A DNA stretch of 64,000 nt from NCBI GenBank assembly GCA_964247055.1, contig OZ176056.1, positions 7,192,001 to 7,256,000 of the forward strand, given 5' to 3'. Origin of the DNA: Paragordius varius. Taxonomy: Eukaryota; Animalia; Nematomorpha. The notes under the pieces were generated by a model. The model saw nothing but the letters and a program-made list of their open reading frames with translations. It ran no database searches and was not told where the DNA came from. Both the position numbers and the translations under genes were made by a program. Positions 13,601 to 25,600 of the stretch are shown piece by piece. Within the stretch, counting starts at the first letter, position 1. Every line of letters begins with the position of its first letter.

Positions 13601-16600
13601 ACATACTGATATTTAATAATCCAAAGCTTATGTTCCATACGATTCGTAATATCCGTTAAGGTAGAACTTGTCCATGTCGTTTTGAGCGCAAAATCAATCA
13701 GAGATTTAAGATGTGGGAATTTTACAAAAAATAAATTTATTTGCGTGGCATCATTTAACCACGAATCTATTTCACGGATTTGAGTTTCTAACCAAATAGG
13801 TTTACTCAAGTAAGCAACGGTTTGATGAATGGCCACACCGATATGCGAAATGAAACGTTGAATTATTCTAAGTTTATGTGAATTATCGTAATCTTGATTA
13901 CTATGCGTATTTATAGTTGAAAAAATGTATTTGAGCCTCGATAATATAGAGCAATATGGTGTAATTTTATCACCAATTTGTGGATCTAAAATAAGCCAAA
14001 AAAGTGCTGGAATACGAAGTGTGTATATGGGTGTCAACATTTGTCGTGAAGTTTTCTGGTTATTATCATTAAAGATGGTCAATTCATTTTGGGTATCTTT
14101 GGTTATGAAGGGAGAAATATTAACATGATACGTTTGGGGGAAATATAATTGCAAAATGTATGCTTGGTTGGTATTTGAAGTTGGATTGCATAGGCTATTT
14201 ACTACGGTTTCAAACTCCATGTCTTTTACATATGTTGAACTAGTCAATATATTAATATGTAATATATTATTTTGAGGATAATTTTTGCAATCACCTCGGG
14301 TTATACCAATCATTAACATATCTAATATAGTTTGATGTAAGTTAACTTGTTCGAAACTATATATTTGGGTATTTAAGTCAGCACCATCAATAGATATTAA
14401 ACTGGATATACGGGATACAAGTTCTTGTAATTTGCCCAAATACTCAGTAGTTATTTGGTCGGAACCGTTTCCAATGATCTGTTCAGTATTCAATTTACTA
14501 AGGAGGCATAAGAAAAGTGTAACGCAATTAATCAACGAATCTCTGACAGATTTAATAATGGGAAAAGACATGTAATAATCCGAATTATTTTGTACCACGG
14601 ACCATATAAATTGACAGGCTGGCCGCAAAAAATTTGTTATATCCTGTAACCATTCAAAAAACGGTTTTGTGCTGATGGATTTTGAAGAGAACTCTTTGTT
14701 CTCAGTAATTATAGTTAGGGTAAATGCTAGGATATTTTGTATACCACATATCATTATATTGGCAAGTAACATTGTGCGCTGAACATTATGAAATAGGTTG
14801 GAATCGCGATCTGTGGTTTCGGATTTATCATTAGCATGCTTTGTTAAGCTTATTGTTGAATAATCGTACAGGTATTTTGGAGGATAACCCTCAATATATT
14901 TGAGTAAAACTTCATTTTTATTCTCTTCAGATTTTTTGCATAAAAGTGTGGATATATTCTTAACCATTCGTTCAGTAATTAATGTTATTAATGGTAAAAG
15001 TACAAGATCAAAAGTTATAAATCCAATATCGGTGTAATGCATGTTTTCCACATAAAATTTGGCTAATTCACCGCACATTTCATTGAGCAAGTCCGCCGTT
15101 TGAAAAAATTTTTCACCAGCCAATTTTGCTATATTGACACATAAATTAACCAAGGTTTCTGTGATAGCTATCCCTAAAGAACCGGTTTCTTTGTCTTTTT
15201 CCAACTTTTGACGATGATAATTTTCAATATTAAATTCGTATGATTTTGTATTGTTCGTACATTTGCGTTCAAATTTCATATCAATTATCCCTGTTGTCTT
15301 ATTATTATTACTATTCAAGCTTTTTAAAATGTTAATTACTATTGAAATTAGGGAATTTCCAAATACAGTTGCACTTTCTACTATTGTATCTATTGATTCA
15401 CCACCGGGGGTAAATATTGATTTTAACGATTCATTTTGCTTGAGATACGTTAATATAACAAATATATTTGATAATTCTGTCAAAATTTTGATATGTTGCT
15501 TAATTTGTACCACTTTGGATTGCTCAAGCTGAACTTCTGTCCCGGTGTAAAGCTGTCTTAAAATGACACCTAACTAATTGGCACATCAATTTTCTCATGT
15601 TTGATATTATTATCCGATAATTCCTGGAGTCCGTTTTTTATGAACAAAGCACATTGTTTAATTATTCGATTAAATTGTTTAATATATGCGTCGATCCAAG
15701 ACTTATCAAATGGATGTTCATTGTTCATAACTGCTGGCATGGTTTGAACCCATAGACGTTGACCACAAATTTTAAGGATAAAAATGGCATTCTCCAACAA
15801 AAATATTTCATTTTCCGCTAAAAATGGCTCAACACCTGATTTCGTAAATAGGCATTCTATGCATGGAATTACATACGAACTGACAAGAGAATCTAGTAAC
15901 TGGGAATATGTTAAAATGTCGATTTTTTTACTCTCTGGATTATGAGTAAGGGTCAAAAAGCATTTAAGTTGAGAACCCCGAAGATTTCGCTCAATAATTT
16001 CTTCAAAATTTATCGTAGGGTGATGTGAAATATTACATAATACTTCAAGGGTAATTGTCGTAAAACATTGCAATTTTTGAATTTTAGCCATTGTATTTGG
16101 TGACACATCTAACAAAAGTAAGTAAAGTAGAACTGAAATAGGCTCAATCAACGTTGATTTTTGTTTCGTTATTTCAGTCTGATCATTATTATGTCCAAGA
16201 AAAGATGTAAGAAAAAATTCCACTATTTCCGAATCATTAGCTTTATAAATGTTAAATATAGATTTAAGGAATTTTACCTCATGCATTCCATAGTTTTTTC
16301 GATTACTAGTTATATTTACCAAAAATTTAAGTATACAATTGGCTTGATTAGAGGCAGATTCTCGCCTCTGAACCCATATATCGTTTTGTAAAGATTCATC
16401 TTTAATTTGCAGTTCATTGTTACATGTGTAAAACAACATTTTAACAGCAAAGTAAAGGGTTCGATATAATGCTTGTGTAAATAGTAGAGGTTGTATATCC
16501 TTGGTTATATTGTGGTGTGAATCATAATTAACTAACTTTGATGAAGTCAAATCACTTGCCTTTTTCTGTAGCAACGGCGATAACCATTTATCTGATACTT

Positions 16601-19600
16601 TTGCCATGGGAGATGTATTCAATTCATTCAAGACAAAAAACTGATAAAATACCACCTTTTTTTGTCCAACAAGGTTAAAGTTTGGATCGCGACCAAGTAT
16701 AATATGTTCAAATTCCCTTAAATAATTTAACAAAGACAATGATAATGTAAAAATGGCAGGAGGAAGCGTTTCGTTGGGAATTAGTTGTGTGACATCATCC
16801 GTATATATAGTGGTAAAATCATGGCTCATTATCACAAATCCAGTTAAAATATGAGCTAAATTTAATGGTAACTGCATTTTGCTGGTATTTCCAATATCAT
16901 AAGGAGGCCGCCACTCTAAAACCATTTTGATTTGATCGTATTCCGAATTCAGTATAGTGGATTCTTTATGCTGTTGACATATGTGTGAGCTAATGTTAAC
17001 GAGATAGATAAGTGATTGAGTTATAAGGTTAAAATTTGCCTTCTCAAACTCCAAAATATCATATACAGAATCTTTTAAAGGAGTAGAAGCGTTTGTATGC
17101 CCAGCACCAAAATTATTAACATAACATATTCCATTCAAGGTATAGTAACCTAAAAAATTTTTTATATATATAAATATATCATTTACAAAACTCAACTTTA
17201 AACAATTTAAAATCACTCTTGAACAATTCAAATTCACCCTTAAATAAATTAAGCGTCTTTTAAATTAAAAAATAACTTATAATTTATATTTTTAAAAAAA
17301 TAAAAATCTGTACAAAATTAAAATAATACTGAAAAAATAATCTAAGCCATAAAGATATATTTCATATTAATAATAAGTTATATTAGTTCAAAACACATAA
17401 TTTATTTTTAGGAATTTGAATTGTTTAGGGGTGAATTTAAATTGTTAAAGGGTGAATTTGAACTTAAATGGTACATATATAATGATGTTTGAATTTTCAG
17501 TAAATTGTTTAACTTGTTTAAACCGTAATTACCCACAAAATTTTATGTTTAAAATATATAAATTATGGTCTATTAATGTTTGGTATCTAATTTAGAAAAT
17601 ATTTATGCATAAATATTTTTAAAAAAAGTTTTTTGAATTAACTATAATGTACAAAACCATTGTAATAGAGGCAAAAAATTATTTAACCCTCATCAATAGG
17701 CACTAAACAATAAATCAACTGGAACAAAACAGAGGTTTATTTAAACCTTAAAACATAAAAATGTAATTAAATATAAATTTTCAGAAAAAAATACCCCGAG
17801 TTAGTGTTTCCAGGCATAACTGTAAAATAAGGGTTTGAAAATCTTGTAGAGGTTGACTTTTTGCAAACGTACCAGCTATTAATTGCTGGCCAAACTTTGA
17901 AAGTTTTAGGGATATTGATGTGTAAGTTAAGGGATTGTATCTCTGAAAATGTAATATATATATATAAATTTTAAATAAAAACCTTTCAATATAAAAAAAA
18001 TGACAAAATGACAAGGAAATTTTGCATATATCTGCATTTATTTTTACTGTAATACTAAGTTTTAAAAAACATTTAAAGGACAAATGTATGTCCTAAGGGT
18101 ACACATCGGACAAAATATACATACAGACAAATATTTTTTTTTTCAAAAGACAACCATACTTTTTAAATCTTTATATATTCCATATAACTCATTATTTTAA
18201 TAGAAAATATATCAATACAGATGTAAATAGGAGACCCCATCGATTTCATGTTATACAGTGGTAAAAAAATATATTATTTAAGTAATATTATTAAAAAAGC
18301 ATGGTCTTTTAGAAAAATATTTGTCTTTATATTTTTACTTATTGTCCGTATAAATTCAGATTTTACTGTATTTTATTAAATCACATTTATTTTTTGATAA
18401 AATTTCCCTAAAATTATATTTTAATGTAACTTTTAAATACGTTTACGAATTAAATACATTATAATGTATGGTATAAAAAAATGTTAAAAATAAATCTTAA
18501 AAATATTACACAATTAATAAAAAATGGTATTATGATGTTAAAAAAGCATTTATAATGAGTATTTTATATAATTAACCTAAATAAAAATATTGGAGTTAGT
18601 TTAATACAAACTTATAAAATTCATAAACTGAAATTTAGAAATTACTTTAAGCAAATCAGACATCCCAGCTTTTATATACATATTATACATTGTATAAACG
18701 AGAGAAATAATTGTTATATCATTATTAAGCCAAATATTCTCATTATTAGCTTTGTTCATTAATATAACAGTTTCCAGTATCTTTATAAAACAATCAAGCA
18801 AATTAATTAAACATTCGATTTGGTGAGATTGTAATTTAAATTTTTGCTTTTTGTCAAGAGTAGCCATTTGACAAAGATGCGTTATGAAATGTTCTATAGA
18901 AAACATAAAATTATGTATGTATAAAAGTGGTATATATATGTATTAAAAAACGGAAAATAAGGTATTATTTTTTTCAGAAAACAAGTACAAGGTTATGTTA
19001 AAATCTAATAAAAAAGTTAACTTATAATTTTTTGTAACAACAAAACGCTGGTAGTATACATCATTGTTGTTTTAAAATTACAAAAACAATTAGTATTTTG
19101 TACAAACAAGAAAATACCCATTATATCAAAAAACTTGCAGTTTTAATAATTTTAATTCTAACAATATTTAAAATTAACCATATACCTCATATTTAAAATA
19201 TTTTATTATACAAAAACAAATCAAAAATACCAAATATGGAATTATTAGTTGTGTTTTGTAACATTTTAAATTCGCTATTTGTGGGAGAAAATAGGGCCAA
19301 TTTAATAGGGAAAAAATTTGGCAGGCTTTGACACAGTGTGTTCCAATCCTCAATATTCTGTAGTAAAATAAAGGTTAATATTAGGGGTAGTTTTTTTAGT
19401 TTTACAAGCATTCCTGATATTGCCAATTTTTAGCATATAATTCATAGCCATTTTAGGAATATATTTTAAAAAATTATTTATAAAAAAATATTACGAACTT
19501 TTAGCATGTTTTTTGAACATATTTAGCAAAATCAAACATTGAAAATATTAACACTTGGATACAACTAGGGTTGTGCCCATTAGTCAATGACATGACTACG

Positions 19601-22600
19601 AAAAAAAATGACCTAGGTCAATTTTTTTATTTTTTTAATTTTTTATTTTTTTAATTTTACAATTTTTAAAAAAACAAAACCTTATATTATTTATATATGT
19701 ATTTTTTTTTAAATATCATATGATACACATCTTTTCTTTACCTCCTAAATCATAGTGAAATCAGCCTTGTGGAAATTTTCGATCAAAAAAATCAAGTTAC
19801 ATGCAAGAAATGTAATTACACTATATATATATTAAATAAAAACCGAATGAAGAAACATTTAAATGAAGTTCATGAAATAAATTTTATGATAGAAGGTGAT
19901 GGTCGAAAAGCAAGCTAATTATTTAATTTCTTAAGTTAGTCTTAAAAATTTCTGTTTTCAAGAGAAATTAGCCAGAAACATTTAGCAAATTTTATTTATA
20001 CATCCTCAACTCTAAACATAGTTGAAAATAAACATTTTCGGAATTTCATTAATACTTTAAACCTAATTATGCTATTCCAAATAGAAAACAGATTTCCAAT
20101 AAATTATTAGATTCATGTTATGAAGATATAAAAATAGTTATTAGAATATGTAAAAATAATATTTTATTAATCGTCGATCCCTTTACCAATATTCGTAGGA
20201 AGCTAATAATTAATATTATTGGCCAAGGATCCCAAAAATCATTTTTATTAACTATTGACGCATCTTATCATAGTAAGACTGCCGAATATATCTATAACAT
20301 AATGGAACCAATTATAAAAGATATTGGAAATTTAAATAATTAATGCCATTTTGACCGATAATGCAGCGAACATGAAGGCTGCTGAAAATTTAATTAATAA
20401 AGAATATCCTAATATAATATGACATGTATGCCAATGTCATATAATATATAATTTGATCTAACAATATATTAATCTTAATAAGATTACTGAAATTTTAAAT
20501 GTAGTGATCACGTTTATATATTCTAATAAATCGTATAAAAAATTTCAAGTATAAAAAAAACTTTGAACCATCCTAAGTTAACGTTAAGCTAATGGACAGT
20601 GATTCGTTGTTACACAATCTAAATAATTAGAGCATAAATAGGCTTAAATAAATGCATATTTTTTCATTAGTCTTAGCTTTCTGTGATTTGAAACTTTCTA
20701 TAAGTCTTTATGTAAGATTTTAGGAAAGATCATTAATTGTAGAAATTTAAATTATCAGGATTGGTGAAAGTATAATTTTAAAAAAATATACACTTTATGT
20801 AAAAACCTTTTTTATGTGATTTAATCAAGTATTTATGTATGTAGTTATTTATTATTGGCAATAACATATGGTATGACCTAGGTCAGACCCCCTTTTTCGA
20901 AAAAAGGGGGTCAAAATCACAACCCTAGATACAACACACTCATTTTAGTCCTTCGATTCAAATTGGGGTAGTTGGATACCCCAAGCCTGTTTAAAATCTA
21001 ATACTTCAAAAAGTATAGAAGGAATCGAAACCATGACAAAATTTTGCACTTATATAACATTAATAAACCGAAATATATAAAAAAATTTATTCAAAAATAC
21101 TTACTTATTTTAAGCTAAAACCGAAAGGTAAAAATTTAGTCAACGTGACATGTGTGAAATAGAAAAATTGAAAAATCAAAACAAACCGCTTTTCTATTTC
21201 TATCAATGTTAGATGTAATTTAAATAAAAAATTAGCTTTAATTTTACCCTTAAAATGAAATAAAGACGATATTTTGCATAAATTTTGTAAAATAAAAATG
21301 GCGTTAAAGTATTTGACATGGAACTTTTTTATCAAAACAAAATTTTATTAAGATATTTTGGCATATTTATATTTATATTTGGATAGAAGCATAAATTTAA
21401 ATTGGGACTGTTTCCTTTTATTAAAAATGTTAATTTAAATTTAGTCTGGGGTATTTAGATACCCCAATTAAAATCGTAGTGTTAATCATATATTAATGTT
21501 AGAAATGATATTCAAAACTTTAGAATGTTTGAATTGCAATTTAACAATTAGCAAAAAAATTTTGGTAAAGATAGCTTTGGGTACAAATATGTTTTAAAAA
21601 ATACGGTATGCATAATGGCAGCTTATTTTACACTATAGTAGGGCAATTTGTAACACACAGGAGTGTATGGAAAAAAGAAAGGATATAATTGTTTATTCAA
21701 CATTGCGTTGTTTTTTTTCCATACACTAATGTGTTGCAAATTGCCCCCTTCTATAGCGTGCTAAATAAGCAATCATTAAAATACATACTGTGGCGTATTA
21801 ATACCTTTATAGTGCTTGGCAAAATTTGAAAACAACATTGCAAAAGATGCCATAAATCAATCAAATAATCAACCATTTTGCTGTCCGTCAGCATTTTTTG
21901 CCTAGAAAAATTCTGTTTTGTCTTAGCAATTCGATTATTTTTCAATATGTCTGGTGATTCATTATTATTGATACATATAATAGCACAACATTCGCATATA
22001 ATGTGTCCAATCAATTCAATGATAAAGGGTTCCTGATTTTGTAACATAGTCTACATATAAAAAATTAAGATATTATATGTGTAAAAATTGATTAAAAATA
22101 ATTTTTACCATATTTATTCTCGCTTCCTAAAAAATGATAAATTTGGAATTTTAAATTATTTGAGTTTTTAATTAAAATATAATTTTAAAAGTGTATTTAT
22201 AATAATTAAGGGTAAACATAATATTCAGGGAGTGCGATTGAAATGTTATAGGGTAAAGTTTCAAATTAAATACATTAAAAATTTAAATTATACGGACGAC
22301 AAAATTTAAAGACAAATATTTTTTTTCTATAGGACAACTATACTTATTTAAATCTTATTTTTTTTAACATTGATAACGAGAGACAACAAATTTTTCGGGC
22401 ACTCGAGTTTTTGCATTTTATGATATTAACTATCATTTTAACAATAAATTTAAAATAAAAATTATAATTCCACCTAAGAATTTTGTATAATTTTATTTTA
22501 TTAATTATGCCCACTCTTATCAAAATTTTAAAAATGTTTTGTTTTGAAAATATATAGCAAATGCCCATTTGTAATATATCATTCGAAAGGGTGATTAAAA

Positions 22601-25600
22601 CCCTATAAAATTCATACTAATATGTTTTACATCGATAGTTAAAATTGAACATAGGAAGCGAACAAATCCGCGAAGCGAGAGCGTTTTTCTTAATTAATAT
22701 ATTTTAAAACTAATGGATGAAAATAGCTTAAACTTTGTATAGATGGCAATGAATGTCTAATAGGATGACACAAAAAAGTTTTTTTACATACTCATTTATT
22801 GCTTTTATGCCATATAAAACAGCTATTTTTAAATTTTTTGTTTTATGTAAAATTACCACCTCATCAATATTAATTTATTTTCTTTAGGAAACTTATGATT
22901 ACGAAATTTTAAAGACTAAAAACAAAGTTTAAGGTTTTTTTTAACGATTATGTAATAAATTTACAGTTATAACTAAGCATTTTAGCATCCACTAGGTAAA
23001 ATAATTTTGATAATAATAATTTTTATTAAAAAAGCACAAAAGCTTTTTCATAGATTTTTTACTAATGTAACCTTAATAATTATAATATAATATATATAAT
23101 TTTTAAATTAATTTTGTAAAAATTTATAATTTTTTAAGGGTTGAAAAATTTGACCATATAAACCTATAAGACGTATCAAGTAAATATATTTATTTGATAT
23201 AACAACAATGGAAAACATTATAAAATAATCAAATCATATAGGATGCAATATGCATGGCCGAAGATAAAAAAGTAACACAATATGTATGTATCTAAAGAAT
23301 ATCTCTTTACATAAAATATCTTACATTACTTTCCCCCTAATATACCATTTGCACTTCAAGAGTGTCCTTGAACAAAGTTGGACCTTGAACATTTCAAGTT
23401 GGGATTTGTGAACACTTCAAATGGGTCCTTGAACATTTCAAGTTGGTCCTTAAAATTTTTAAATTTTAATTTAATCATAATATTTGCATTTATTTTTTTA
23501 TTTTATTATTTTTTAACCTAATTTTCTTTATTTATTATATATTTATTCATTTTAAAATAAAAATTTTTATACAAAAACCACTTTTTTGTTTCAAACTAAT
23601 TTTTTTCCAATTTAAAAAAATTATTAACTTGTAGTTTTCAATGAAAAACTGTGAATAAAACCCAAAAAACTTGTATATTTTATAATTACGTGTCAAATTT
23701 TTATAAATATTTTAAATAATATAAAAAAATTAATAAAGATATACGGTTTCTGAATGAATAAAGTTTATACTGATTTAAAATTTATGCTATATAATAGAAA
23801 ATATTTTAATAACGATAAAATTAATGAATGATATACGATTTAATTGATAAAAGTTAAACACAAAACAAAAAAGTCAAAGGACCAAGTTGAAATGTTCAAG
23901 GACCAACTTGAAGTGTTCAAGGACCAACTTGAACTGTTCAAGGACAAACTTGAAGTGTTTCAAGGACACTCTTGAAGTGCAAATGGTATATCAGGAGGTT
24001 AACGCTTGCGCAAAGGCTATCTTCTTTCCGGGTTTGGGCTTTCTACCACAACACTCTAATTAGGAGTATTTTCATCCGGTGATAGGTGGGATTGCGTTGT
24101 GGTTCCCGAGGTTTTCGGGTTGAAAGGGGTGTCTACGGTAGATTCTGAGTCAGCTGTAAAAGTTGGCTGTCAAGAATGGAAGAAGTGTTATTTACCCCGG
24201 ATGCTGTACCAGTGTCCGTATCGCGATGTTCTAATCGTTCGCGTAGCTTATCCGCCTGTTTTCGGCTGATTCCCTCCTCGTTTGACTTCATAAGATAGAA
24301 GTTCCCTTCTTTTTATGATATGCCCCTGGTCCCACCCCTTATTCAACTCATTCTTTATGTAGATAGGTTGATTGGGCTAAAATTCGCGGCGTGGTTCTGC
24401 TTCATCTAAAAATTCATATGGGGTCGACTTTACCCACGAGATAGGGCTGTGCACTTGACGTTTTAGGAATAAAGCGGAGTTTCTTTTATCGACGCGTGGA
24501 AACCTGTTCTATAGGAATAAAAAACACCGTTCATTGCTTCATAGGCATGCATTGACCTTTAGTGGAGTAATAATTGGTTTACAAGGTTTTTATCACTCTT
24601 TCTACCAACCCGTTGGTTTTGATAGGATGTGTCTCGGATGGATAATTTTACGACTCCATATTCGGAGTTTTGTATCTACGAAGTAGTTTCCTCCATAAAT
24701 TACGATCTTTACATTGTTCTGTGGAAAGGCTACGTTGATTCAAGTCGATTTTTATATCATCATTATAAGAAAAGAGTGGTCGTCCCTTTCTTCTATTGCC
24801 ATCAACATTAATGTTATCAACAGTTTTTAAAGGATGGGTGGCGTCTCTTCTCTGAGTATGACCGTAGAGACGCAATCTGTTTGTTTGAATTATATAATCG
24901 ATTTTATCGTTTTCTTTAATGAAAATTGGTATTTCTGGTGTACGAAAGCAGCTTTTGAGTATTCGATTCTCACTGGTTAGGAGTTTTGTTTGATTTGTTT
25001 TGTTTAATGCCCAGGTTTCAGAACCATAGGTAAGAGCATGTCTTATTCCTGCCTTGTAAAGATACCATTTATTACGATTGTTAACATTTTTGTTTTGGAA
25101 AACATATTTTAATTGATTATATTTTATCCAACCTTGTTGTATTCTTCTTTTGATAGCCTTTTGTGGGCTTCCCTGAGATGATATGACATCTCCTAGGTAT
25201 ACGAAAGAGTCAACCAATTCGATGTCATGTCCATCAATGTTAAGTAGCTTTGGTCGATTAAAATTTTTATTGCTTGGGTCTAAGCAATTTAAGCATTTAA
25301 AATTTATTACATTTGTTAACTTGTCTTTTATTTTACAGCACTTTTTGTGCACCCACAATTGACATGATATGCATTTAATGGAATTTGAACGTACTTCCTT
25401 ACTGCAAATGGAACAGGGGTATCTGGGTTTTTCACTTTCACTCGTTATCATTATTTTTGTTTTTGTGGTGTTTATGATCATTCCATATTGTTCAAGGCAT
25501 TTCTTCCACTTGGAATATGTATTTACCAGTTGATCCCATGATCGTGTCGTTATCACGAGGTCGTCGGCGAATAACATTTCCCAAGGGCATTCACTTCTTA

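Noticed and set aside
23343-23460. 21-bp tandem arrays as a CRISPR array
   Set aside because: There are no unique spacers, the arrays are inverted at the ends of TA-flanked MITEs, the context is eukaryotic and no cas genes are present
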